A stretch of 64,000 nucleotides of DNA, from IMG/VR virus record IMGVR_UViG_3300010430_000003, positions 146,327-210,326 of that record; one strand, 5' to 3'. This document shows, one piece after another, positions 54,537 to 63,556 of this stretch (its first letter is position 1; each line of letters begins with the position of its first letter). The position numbers and the translations under genes were made by a program. Below the pieces are notes generated by a model. It was not told the origin of the DNA. It did no database searches and saw only the letters and a list, made by a program, of their open reading frames with translations.

Positions 54537-55399
54537 ATAGATTCAAAGCAAAGACAATTAAGAATCAAAGAAACACTCATATTTTATTTGATTATCATGC
54601 CAATTATGCGGATCGAGTTATTGAAGAGAGATCTCCATATATGGTAGAAAACTGGAAGTCCTCTTCGCATTCGCCAGAAGCCCATATTTATGCAATTAAG
54701 AAGATCTTTAAAAAAGATATTAGATTTAAAAAATATGAATTGGATCCTGAGTTAAAGAAATTTATCAAAGGAAAACGCATTGCTTTTGTCGGTCCTTCTT
54801 CATCAATTAAAGAACTGGGTCTTGGCACAAAAATTGATTCCTATGATCTTGTTTTTCGAGCTAATCAACATTATGAATTGCCGGAAGAAGAAACAGAGGA
54901 TTATGGGCAAAAAACTGATGCAATCATTACTTGTTTAAATCAAACAACCTTTACTGAATTAAATTCTAATCTTGATTTTATTGATAAAATTAAATATATT
55001 ATTGGTGGAAATCTTCTACTGTGGGATCGCGAATCAGTCGAAGAGAATTTAGAATCTGTTGATACTAATAGTCATCTACCCACAGATGGAGAGATTCTAG
55101 CAATTGACAAAGAAGTCGGTACAATTTGTAATACTGGCTTTATGGGTATAATTTTGTTATTACGCTATCCGATTAAAGAATTATTCATTGCAGGAGTCGA
55201 CTTTTATGATTTTGGCGAAGCTGTTGGAAAGGAAAATGTATACAGTTCTTCGTATGAAGAATCGTCTAATCGATACCATGGAGATTTACGTCTTGACATT
55301 CATGATCAAGAAAGCCAAATGAACTATTTCTCTAGAGTGTTAGAAAAGTATGATAATATCTCTCTGGACCCGATTTTAGATGAGTATTTCAATGACTAA
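54533..55399 (+). CDS. GT29 (sialyltransferase)-like protein
   Basis: RIAFVGPS...IDSYDLVFRAN; NTGFMGI; LFIAGVDF. Confidence 0.6.
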   Translation: MNRFKAKTIKNQRNTHILFDYHANYADRVIEERSPYMVENWKSSSHSPEAHIYAIKKIFKKDIRFKKYELDPELKKFIKGKRIAFVGPSSSIKELGLGTKIDSYDLVFRANQHYELPEEETEDYGQKTDAIITCLNQTTFTELNSNLDFIDKIKYIIGGNLLLWDRESVEENLESVDTNSHLPTDGEILAIDKEVGTICNTGFMGIILLLRYPIKELFIAGVDFYDFGEAVGKENVYSSSYEESSNRYHGDLRLDIHDQESQMNYFSRVLEKYDNISLDPILDEYFND

Positions 55400-55545
55400 A
55401 AGAAACTTTAGTACAATAATGCTAGGAATTTCTTTAATCATGATTACTGTAATCGAGCTCTCGCCACCCTTAAAGGTGGCATTTGTCTTAATTGCCATCT
55501 CAATTTGGTTTTTTCAAGCAGCAATGTCAGAATAATGAGGCTTAA

Positions 55546-56763
55546 GTGAAGAAGATACATGATTTGAATACAATACGTGGATGGCATTATGAGGGTAAGA
55601 AAAGACTTTCCCGCAAGAAGCGTAAAATCATTGCCATGATTCCTGCCCGTTTAGGCTCACAGAGAATCCCAAAAAAGAATGTTAGATATCTTCACAACAA
55701 ACCATTAGTACAGTGGATTATTGATGCTGCTAAAGAATCTGGTATTTTTGATGAAATCTGGCTTAACACTGAAGATGATGGGTTGTTAGCTAAGATTGCC
55801 AAAGAATCAGACATCAAATTCTATTTGCGGGATATCAGCCTAGCAACTGATGGCGCAACCAACGATCAATTCTTAATGGACTTTGTTAAATCACGAAAAC
55901 TAAGAGATGAAGATTATATTGTTCAACTGCTTCCAACCTCACCTTTTATTAAGCCTGAAACTATTTCTGATTTCACAGAAGAATTGTTGGCAGTTGATAC
56001 GTTGATTTCTGTTGTCGAACACAAAATTGAATGTCTTAATTCTAAAATGGAGCCATTGAATTTCGATGTTCTTGATGACACTCTCCCTTCTCAGGATCTG
56101 AGACCTGTTTATTCATATGCGTGTGGGCTAATGGGGTGGAATGTTCTTTCATTAAAAGAAATTTATAATGAGGGTTGTTCTCCATATCACTCATATCATT
56201 CAAGAAAGGAAGTCTTCATTCTTGGGAATGAAGAGGCAATTGATGTTGACACTGAATCAGATTTTCAATTTGCGGAAAGTGTTGCTATGTCAATGCATTA
56301 TGATGAAATTAAGCCTCGATATTATGGAGAATATTCATCTGTTGAATATGATGTGAAACCTCTTCTTGAAAAAGACGGCATTAAAAGAACAGAAGCTTGG
56401 ACAACATCACCGTCAGTATTAAAACGGGTTAATGTGACAAGGATGGTGGAAGCGATGCCTGATTCATACGCTAAAACTCTTGTGAACTCTCCGTTCAATA
56501 GTGCAACTCTGATCCGGCAGAATGACGGGGAAGGAAATAGAAAACACTCACATAGTAACTGGGCTGAATGGTGGTTGATTCAGGAAGGTAAATGTGTGTT
56601 TGAATATTGGGAAAAAGAGAATAGAAGCTCACGAGCAATGGTATTGATTACTGGCGACCTGCTATACATCCCAGCAGGCATAGAACATAAGATCACCGCG
56701 AAGGGTGGGCCATGCACAAGATTGGCTGTATCTCGTTATGATGTGGCACATTTTTATAAATGA
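55546..56763 (+). CDS. acylneuraminate-type cytidylyltransferase (NeuA/KdsB-like) fused to a C-terminal cupin
   Basis: IPARLGSQRIPKKN, LLPTSPF, IDVDTESDF; HSHSNWAEWW...GDLLYIPAGIEH. Confidence 0.85.
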   Translation: MKKIHDLNTIRGWHYEGKKRLSRKKRKIIAMIPARLGSQRIPKKNVRYLHNKPLVQWIIDAAKESGIFDEIWLNTEDDGLLAKIAKESDIKFYLRDISLATDGATNDQFLMDFVKSRKLRDEDYIVQLLPTSPFIKPETISDFTEELLAVDTLISVVEHKIECLNSKMEPLNFDVLDDTLPSQDLRPVYSYACGLMGWNVLSLKEIYNEGCSPYHSYHSRKEVFILGNEEAIDVDTESDFQFAESVAMSMHYDEIKPRYYGEYSSVEYDVKPLLEKDGIKRTEAWTTSPSVLKRVNVTRMVEAMPDSYAKTLVNSPFNSATLIRQNDGEGNRKHSHSNWAEWWLIQEGKCVFEYWEKENRSSRAMVLITGDLLYIPAGIEHKITAKGGPCTRLAVSRYDVAHFYK

Positions 56764-56957
56764 CTGGTTTGATTAATTTAATAGTTAGACAAAAATTCGT
56801 TTATTCTATTAACGTGAGAGAAAATGGGTGGCCTCTCTCTCGTCATAATTGGGATTATCGAGAGTTTGACGATTATGAAGTATATTATGATATCTCTAAT
56901 GTTAAAATGTGGAAAGTGATCATTAAACAGAAGATTCATTCATATGAATTATCATGA
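56760..56957 (+). CDS. MNIN-family micro-ORF
   Basis: MTGLINLIVRQKFV; ATGA overlap. Confidence 0.65.
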   Translation: MTGLINLIVRQKFVYSINVRENGWPLSRHNWDYREFDDYEVYYDISNVKMWKVIIKQKIHSYELS

Positions 56958-57133
56958 ATATCAACCTTTCCATAGCTGAAAAGATTCTATATACCTACTC
57001 ACCATGGCCCTCTCACTACTATTATTTTTGTTATGATGCTGATGATTTTTCAAGAATAGGAACATTTGATAGTTTTCGACATAGTAGAGTTAGAGTCTAT
57101 AATCACCTACAATTAATGAAACGTTATGTATAA
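56954..57133 (+). CDS. MNIN-family micro-ORF (59 aa, not in ORF track)
   Basis: Hand-translated MNINLSIAEKILYTY...QLMKRYV; overlaps both neighbours. Confidence 0.7.
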   Translation: MNINLSIAEKILYTYSPWPSHYYYFCYDADDFSRIGTFDSFRHSRVRVYNHLQLMKRYV

Positions 57134-58235
57134 TAAATTTTCTAAAAATCATATTAAGGTTGACTTCAATCGAAGTCATGGTAATTGGGTTTATGATTTA
57201 AATACTGAAGAATTGTATCTTGATTTGCACAATTCATATTCATCAATGCCATTGGGATATTGCAAATTAGAGTCATCAGACATCTTAATGAAGAATTTAT
57301 CGATTTGTGAATATTCTTCATTATTGCATGATGAATTGTTTAAAGATTTTGAACAAAAAATGTTGACGGATAAATATGATTCATATCATCTTGCTCCAAG
57401 CGGCGGCATCGCCGTTGAGATGGCTTTGAAAGTTGCGTTGCAGTCAACGGGCAGAGAATTGTTTTTAACACTCCACGGTTCGTTTCACGGAGTCACAGGT
57501 ATGTCTGCGATGGTTACATCTTCTCATTTTGGCAAGAGGGTTCAATATGCAGATCGCACGAAAACTGTGGAAATTCCTGTAAATATTCCCAAACAATTGA
57601 TGAAAGACAGATTATATGAAGATATCCCATATGCAGCATGTATTGTTGTTGAACCAATCCAATGTTCATATGGTGATCGCTACCTTGATTGGGAATTCTT
57701 AAAAACATTGAGGGAATATGCCAAAGAGCTTCAAATACCTTTCATTGTTGATGAAATTCAAACTGGTTTTTATGCTACCGGAAAGAAATTTTATACAGAA
57801 GAATTAGAACCTGACATTATTATTTTTGGGAAAAAGACACAAATGAACGGCATTCTCGTTCATAAAGATTTATCACCAACACTTCACGAAATTTATGATT
57901 TAATTAGCATTACTCATGACGCTGACCTTGCTGACCTTGCTAGGTTTAAGATTGTAAGTGATTTTATTGAACAGAATGAAATTGAAGACTTCTCAAAAAG
58001 ATTCTGCAATATTAAATGCAATAAATTTAAAGATGTCCGAGGTGTTGGACACTTATGGGCAATTGAATTTCATACTGAGAAAGCATGCACAGAATTTTGT
58101 GAATTCTTATTTAAGAATGCTATTATTGTTAATAGAACTGGAAATAAAGTTGTTAGAATGAGACCTTCCTTTGTCTTCAAAGAAGAAGATATGCGGTATT
58201 TGAAAAATGTCATTAAAGATTATAATAATAGCTAA
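57126..58235 (+). CDS. class III PLP aminotransferase (Lat/GabT-like)
   Basis: YLDL, SFHG, VEPIQ, IVDEIQTG, FGKKTQ, VRGVG. Confidence 0.9.
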   Translation: MYNKFSKNHIKVDFNRSHGNWVYDLNTEELYLDLHNSYSSMPLGYCKLESSDILMKNLSICEYSSLLHDELFKDFEQKMLTDKYDSYHLAPSGGIAVEMALKVALQSTGRELFLTLHGSFHGVTGMSAMVTSSHFGKRVQYADRTKTVEIPVNIPKQLMKDRLYEDIPYAACIVVEPIQCSYGDRYLDWEFLKTLREYAKELQIPFIVDEIQTGFYATGKKFYTEELEPDIIIFGKKTQMNGILVHKDLSPTLHEIYDLISITHDADLADLARFKIVSDFIEQNEIEDFSKRFCNIKCNKFKDVRGVGHLWAIEFHTEKACTEFCEFLFKNAIIVNRTGNKVVRMRPSFVFKEEDMRYLKNVIKDYNNS

Positions 58236-58911
58236 TGGTCCAAATGCCTTGGATTTTAAAGCAGGGAAGTTAATTGACTCATTTGATATAGTAATAAGAA
58301 TGAATTGCTATCAAATAGAAGGGTATGAAGAACACATTGGAAGCAAGACGGACGTGTGGGTAACTACGAACGATTTTGATCGTTTTATATCTGAATATGA
58401 TAATCTCTTAGAAAAAAGAAAGGTTAATTCTTTTTTAGAAAATTGGACAACCGACACAAAGGATGTCGAAACTTTTGTAGAAAAACATAAAATTAAATGT
58501 GATGAAATTCATTTCATAAATATGTGGATTGCCTTTACAATTGGGCATGTATTTAAGGATAATGTTTTATATGAAAATAATGTCTGTTTAGAAACCTTTG
58601 ATTCAGGGGTTATGCGTTCACTGCCAAGAGGGTGCAAAATAAACATTAATGGTGCTCGCCGCACTATAAGACTTGGTGACGGGAGAAATTTATCAACAGG
58701 AATGCATACATTGGTTTATGCCATTTATAGATGGATTGGAGAAGATATTTACATTCATGGTTTTGACTTTTTCAAAAGCGGGAAAGAATATTTCTCAACA
58801 CCAGAAAATGTTTGGGAAATGAGACATGCCGCTGAAACAGAAGAAATTATTGTTAATAAGTGGGTTGAAGCAGGAATTATAAAGTTCTTTACTGGAGAAA
58901 AAAATGAGTAA
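58207..58911 (+). CDS. GT29 (sialyltransferase)-like protein
   Basis: IIANGP...IDSFDIVIRMN, IGSKTD, STG, IYIHGFDFF. Confidence 0.7.
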   Translation: MSLKIIIIANGPNALDFKAGKLIDSFDIVIRMNCYQIEGYEEHIGSKTDVWVTTNDFDRFISEYDNLLEKRKVNSFLENWTTDTKDVETFVEKHKIKCDEIHFINMWIAFTIGHVFKDNVLYENNVCLETFDSGVMRSLPRGCKININGARRTIRLGDGRNLSTGMHTLVYAIYRWIGEDIYIHGFDFFKSGKEYFSTPENVWEMRHAAETEEIIVNKWVEAGIIKFFTGEKNE

Positions 58912-59482
58912 GTTAGATTTAGATAACATGGAACAAAAATTTCATGACTGTCTTGAGACAGAAGATTGGGCGCGTTTTGTTGAGATGTTTAAAGCCGCTA
59001 CAGAAATTTATATTATTGGAAATGGTGGACAAGCATCCACAGCGCAACATGCAGCCTCAGACACAACTCGTTTAGTTGATAACAAGATTATTCGCTCTTT
59101 TGATAACATGAGTTATCTTACGTCTGTTGCTAATGATTATGGATATGAAACAGTCTTCCAACGTTGGATTGAGAAAGAAATCGGAAACACTTCTAGAGAT
59201 AAAGTGATGGTTATTGGTTTATCTTGTTCTGGCAACTCTCCTAACATTGTTGATGTTTTGGAATGGGCTGATCATCAGGGAATTAAAAGCGCCCTAATTT
59301 CAGGCACAAAATCGGTCAAGCTATCTCCACACATTAATGAAGTATGTATGTATACAAAGTACTTTCATTCATCAGAGCTTATTTCAATGCTTTTGATTTA
59401 TGAAGCTATTGGTGAGTGCGGTGGTCGATGCCCAACATTAGTTGAAGAAAATATTCGCAAGGGTTTTGATACGGATGAATAG
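58904..59482 (+). CDS. SIS-domain sugar phosphate isomerase (GmhA-like)
   Basis: IGNGGQASTAQH, LTSVANDYGY, SCSGNSPNI. Confidence 0.85.
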   Translation: MSKLDLDNMEQKFHDCLETEDWARFVEMFKAATEIYIIGNGGQASTAQHAASDTTRLVDNKIIRSFDNMSYLTSVANDYGYETVFQRWIEKEIGNTSRDKVMVIGLSCSGNSPNIVDVLEWADHQGIKSALISGTKSVKLSPHINEVCMYTKYFHSSELISMLLIYEAIGECGGRCPTLVEENIRKGFDTDE

Positions 59483-59690
59483 AATTCTTAGTGTTGATAA
59501 GAATCTTATTCTTGCTGACCGTTTTTTAGCAAATATTATTGAGGAAGATGATTTATTCTTCTCTATGATAATGCAGAAAGGCAGGGGCAGTGTTGCAGAA
59601 TATGATTTCTGGAATGACACAAAACAGTTTCATCATTTTTTGAAGATTGAGAGTGAATATAAAAGGAGATATCTCGATGTCTATTTATAA
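59442..59690 (+). CDS. hypothetical ORF
   Basis: Fills the gap between the SIS gene and fcl. Confidence 0.4.
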   Translation: MKKIFARVLIRMNRILSVDKNLILADRFLANIIEEDDLFFSMIMQKGRGSVAEYDFWNDTKQFHHFLKIESEYKRRYLDVYL

Positions 59691-60672
59691 TAATGTTTTA
59701 GTTTTGGGCGGCACTGGCTTTCTTGGCAAAAATTTGCAAAAAGTACGCCCTGATTGGATTTATGTCGGTAGGACTTCTTTTGTAGAAAATGGCATTGAAT
59801 GTTCTCTGGAGGACTTAAAAACTGCTTATGTTGGTAATGAAACTGATTATACCGATATTCATACTGTGGGTAATTTAATTGGTGTGTTTAATCCCGATGC
59901 AGTGATTAATCTTGCCGGTGATGTTGGAGGTATTGCTTACAACAATGTTAATCAACTCTCAATTTTTGAGAACAACATCATGATGAATACAAATATCATC
60001 AAGGTATGTCGAGAGTTGGAGATTGAAAGGGTCTTAAGTTGTCTGAGTACGTGTGCTTTTCCAGATTGTACACCAGCTTGTCCTATGAGTGAAGATGATT
60101 TATTTTGGGCTAGTGATCAATGGCAAGATACTCAAAACGCGCATCCATATAAAGGACACACAGGTTATGGTTGGGCTAAGAGAATGCTTCATATTCACAC
60201 AGAATTGGCAAGGGAAGCAGAATATAACTATTCAACATTCGCCCCGTCTAATTTATATGGTCCGCACGATCATATGGGAGAAATTGCTTCTCATTTTGTG
60301 GCAGCGTTAATTCACAAAGTTCACAAAGCGAAAGACGAGTTAAGATTGTATGGTGATGGAAAAGCACTGCGCCAGTTTCTATATGCCCCAGACCTCGCTG
60401 GTCTAATTCCCACCTTACTGGAAAAACATAATAGTGGTTCTCCATTGATTGTTGCACCCGAAGAAAACCTTTCAATTGATGAAATGGCAAGAATTGCTCT
60501 TAAAGTTGTTGAAAAAGATGTGAAGATTAAATATAGTGGAGAACATGCTGGACAGCATCGAAAAGACTGTTCAAACTCCCGACTTAAAAAGTTACTAAAT
60601 GATGATGTAATCTTCACTTCATTTGAAGAGGGATTCCGCGAAACATATAATTGGTATTTGGAGAATAAATGA
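59677..60672 (+). CDS. fcl: GDP-L-fucose synthase
   Basis: LGGTGFLG, NLAGDVGGI, LSTCAFP, YGWAKR, PSNLYGPHD, GDGKALRQFLY. Confidence 0.9.
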   Translation: MSIYNNVLVLGGTGFLGKNLQKVRPDWIYVGRTSFVENGIECSLEDLKTAYVGNETDYTDIHTVGNLIGVFNPDAVINLAGDVGGIAYNNVNQLSIFENNIMMNTNIIKVCRELEIERVLSCLSTCAFPDCTPACPMSEDDLFWASDQWQDTQNAHPYKGHTGYGWAKRMLHIHTELAREAEYNYSTFAPSNLYGPHDHMGEIASHFVAALIHKVHKAKDELRLYGDGKALRQFLYAPDLAGLIPTLLEKHNSGSPLIVAPEENLSIDEMARIALKVVEKDVKIKYSGEHAGQHRKDCSNSRLKKLLNDDVIFTSFEEGFRETYNWYLENK

Positions 60673-61730
60673 CATATAGAACACAGAAGGTTGCTGTAGT
60701 TTCCGGAGCAACTGGACAAACAGGAAGTTATTTGATTGACCTTCTTCTTGAAAGAGGTTATTATGTTATCGGTCTGAAAAGGCGAACATCGTTGATTTCA
60801 ACTGATCGAATCGATCATCAAATGAATAATAAAAATTTTAAGATGGTATATTATTCTTCTTTTGATCCCACAGTTACATATAGAATTATTCAAGAGTATC
60901 AACCTGATGAAGTATATAATATGGCATGTCAAAGTCATGTCAAAGTCAGTTTCGAAACTCCACAAGAAACCATGGATTCAATTATTCATGGTTGTTTATA
61001 TTGGCTTGAAGCAATTCGTATCTTAAATCCAAGAACAAAATTTTATCAAGCTAGTTCATCAGAAATGTTTGGCAGAAACACAGAGGTTCCTCTTAACGAG
61101 AAATCTGTTATGTTGCCCGCTTCACCTTATGCCTGTGCAAAATTGGCAGCGCATCACTTGGTTCAGAATTATAGAGAATCATATAATTTGTTTGCTGTGT
61201 CTGGGATTTTATTCAATCATGAAGGCCCCCGAAGAGGAGAAACCTTTGTCACAAGGAAAGTGACAAAGGCTGCCGCCAAAATTAAACTCAACCTTCAAAA
61301 ACAATTGGTGCTCGGTAATTTGGACGCTAAACGAGATTGGGGCTTCGCAGGTGACTATGCGGACGTGATTTGGAGAATGCTCCAGATTTCAAATGCTCAA
61401 GATTATGTTGTTGCAACTGGTGAGACACACACTGTTAGAGAGTGGGTTGAAGAAGTGTTTAAACATGCTGGTATGGAGATTGAGTGGCGAGGAATTGGTC
61501 TTGAGGAAAAAGGTTATATTAATGATGTGGAAACTATAGTGATAAGTGAGATGTATTACAGACCACAAGAAGTGCCCGTTCTCCTCGGAGACCCAAATAA
61601 GGCTTATAGAGATTTACAGTGGGATCCGAAAGTGAAGTTTTCAGATTTAGCGCAAATGATGTATAAAGCAGATTATGGTGAAGTTTTAGAGGAGAATGGA
61701 GGTTGGATTGAAGCATCCTTCTTTGATTAA
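60669..61730 (+). CDS. gmd: GDP-mannose 4,6-dehydratase
   Basis: GATGQTGSYL, QSHVKVSFETP, YQASSSEMFG, SPYACAK, GILFNHEGPRRGETFVTRK, GNLDAKRDWG. Confidence 0.97.
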   Translation: MTYRTQKVAVVSGATGQTGSYLIDLLLERGYYVIGLKRRTSLISTDRIDHQMNNKNFKMVYYSSFDPTVTYRIIQEYQPDEVYNMACQSHVKVSFETPQETMDSIIHGCLYWLEAIRILNPRTKFYQASSSEMFGRNTEVPLNEKSVMLPASPYACAKLAAHHLVQNYRESYNLFAVSGILFNHEGPRRGETFVTRKVTKAAAKIKLNLQKQLVLGNLDAKRDWGFAGDYADVIWRMLQISNAQDYVVATGETHTVREWVEEVFKHAGMEIEWRGIGLEEKGYINDVETIVISEMYYRPQEVPVLLGDPNKAYRDLQWDPKVKFSDLAQMMYKADYGEVLEENGGWIEASFFD

Positions 61731-61920
61731 TTTATGTATTAAAACTCATTTTTGTTATGCGGTATCAATAAGATTCTATAGTTCGTTTAAATATCGACTT
61801 TCCAATGTTAATAGTAAAATTATCACAAGACATACTTTTCAAAGAAACTATCACTTTTATGCTCATGAAGAAGAAATGATGAATTCCGTGCTTTCGCTAA
61901 TGAAAAAACATAAAACATAA
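61708..61920 (+). CDS. MNIN-family micro-ORF
   Basis: TTG at 61708, MKHPSLINLCIKTHF; gmd stop lies inside ATT AAT. Confidence 0.6.
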   Translation: MKHPSLINLCIKTHFCYAVSIRFYSSFKYRLSNVNSKIITRHTFQRNYHFYAHEEEMMNSVLSLMKKHKT

Positions 61921-61931
61921 AGCTTTTACAA

Positions 61932-62120
61932 ATGAAACAGAACTCTTTGATTAATATGAAACTAAGAAATATCATTTATAAATGGTTTTTATTTGAAGAT
62001 TTATTTGAATCACACCCAACACTTTATTGTAGAGATTCTTATACAAACAAAACAAATGGACGATATTTATTTATATCTGACTGTACAATCAAAATTAAAA
62101 AAATGATGAGGAAAATATGA
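61932..62120 (+). CDS. MNIN-family micro-ORF
   Basis: MKQNSLINMKLRNII. Confidence 0.6.
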   Translation: MKQNSLINMKLRNIIYKWFLFEDLFESHPTLYCRDSYTNKTNGRYLFISDCTIKIKKMMRKI

Positions 62121-62302
62121 AATTATCAGAACAAGCTACAATGACTATCGCAGTAATTCTTATGAAGTCATTAACAGAAGAAGCAAACGTGCAAGACTTA
62201 CTTGAAGAGCTTGACTTTGTTGAAGAGGAGGATGGGCAATTATATTGCACCAATCCACCAGTATCAATCAAGATGGGTGATGAAGAAAATGCCGACTTAT
62301 GA
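62117..62302 (+). CDS. small acidic conserved-looking protein
   Basis: MKLSEQA...LYCTNPP. Confidence 0.6.
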   Translation: MKLSEQATMTIAVILMKSLTEEANVQDLLEELDFVEEEDGQLYCTNPPVSIKMGDEENADL

Positions 62303-62528
62303 TTATTTTTGTGAATCCTGTCAAAAAAAATTTACTCTTAGACATTCTGTAAAAGAGGAAGTTAATGAGTGTAAGATTTGTCATGGAGAAATTAATAAGA
62401 TTGTTAACTTCTCTAACATTACAATATCTAAGAAGAATGAGAATCCTTCTAGTGAAAGTTTGAAAGAAGCTGAAAGAGACTTAAAAGAACTTAAAAAAGA
62501 AATTAAGAGAAAAAATAATGAGTTATGA
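62289..62528 (+). CDS. FmdB-family zinc-ribbon protein
   Basis: MPTYDYFCESC...CKIC. Confidence 0.85.
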   Translation: MPTYDYFCESCQKKFTLRHSVKEEVNECKICHGEINKIVNFSNITISKKNENPSSESLKEAERDLKELKKEIKRKNNEL

Positions 62529-62862
62529 ATTGATGTTTGGAGCGGTAATTGTTTCTGTAATATTGCTGTTTTTGTTTTTGTGTGTTGTCTTAATAATTTG
62601 CTTTATAGCAATTGGCGTTTTATTTAAGCGCTATGATTCACTTTATAAAGAGTATGAACAGTTTGTATCTGATACAGATGTATACGAAGATATTGAATCT
62701 GTTAGGGAGTCTGCTGGTGAACTTCATGAACATTGTGAAGTTATGCGAGGTGCGATTGAACACAGTGAAGAGATCTTATATCTAAATTTCAAGAATCATC
62801 TTGAAAGATTTTTATTCCAACTTCAAGTTATAAGAAATATTGGAGATGACGAAGTTGGTTAA
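62518..62862 (+). CDS. single-TM membrane protein
   Basis: N-terminal 30-aa hydrophobic stretch. Confidence 0.6.
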   Translation: MSYELMFGAVIVSVILLFLFLCVVLIICFIAIGVLFKRYDSLYKEYEQFVSDTDVYEDIESVRESAGELHEHCEVMRGAIEHSEEILYLNFKNHLERFLFQLQVIRNIGDDEVG

Positions 62863-63556
62863 AAAGAAAAAGAAAAAGAATTATTACTTTACACAAGATC
62901 ATGAAGATGCAATTGTAGAGTATGCACAGATTGAAGATGTAAAACGTCGAACTGAACTTTATATTGATTTTATTGAACCTGTATTTGAAGAATTAATTAA
63001 TAATATAATCTATACATTTAAATTTCAAGACTTACCAAACGTTGATTCTCTAAAAAATGAATGCAAAATCTGGGTTACAACAATCTTAGATAAGTTTGAC
63101 CCCGAAAAGGGCTCTGCAGCATTTGCCTTTTTTACTGTGGTTATAAAGAATTGGTTTATTGCACAGGTGAAGACGCGCAAGAAGAAGCTCCAGACCGAGA
63201 CCTCTTATGAAGATATTCAGGAGTTATTAGAACATCAATTAATTGTTGAAAATGAATATGAAACTTCAAGAGAGCATCGTGAATACATAACTTTTTTGAA
63301 GCAAGAAATAGACAGTTGGGATAAAGGTTGTCGAAAGAATGTTCTAGGGCATAATGATATAAAAGTCATTCATGCCCTTCAAGACTTATTTGATAGGGCA
63401 GACAGTATTGAAATCTTTAACAAGAAAGCGATATATCTCCACATTAGAGAATTAACAGGACTTAACACAAAACAAATTACACGATCAATTAAGAAATTGC
63501 ACCCAAGGTATGAAAAATTTAAGAAAGGATGGATTAGTGGTGAATTTGAATCTTAA
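62846..63556 (+). CDS. phage sigma-factor-like protein
   Basis: Region-2-like DKFDPEKGSAAFAFFTVVIKNWF; C-terminal HTH. Confidence 0.7.
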   Translation: MTKLVKKKKKKNYYFTQDHEDAIVEYAQIEDVKRRTELYIDFIEPVFEELINNIIYTFKFQDLPNVDSLKNECKIWVTTILDKFDPEKGSAAFAFFTVVIKNWFIAQVKTRKKKLQTETSYEDIQELLEHQLIVENEYETSREHREYITFLKQEIDSWDKGCRKNVLGHNDIKVIHALQDLFDRADSIEIFNKKAIYLHIRELTGLNTKQITRSIKKLHPRYEKFKKGWISGEFES

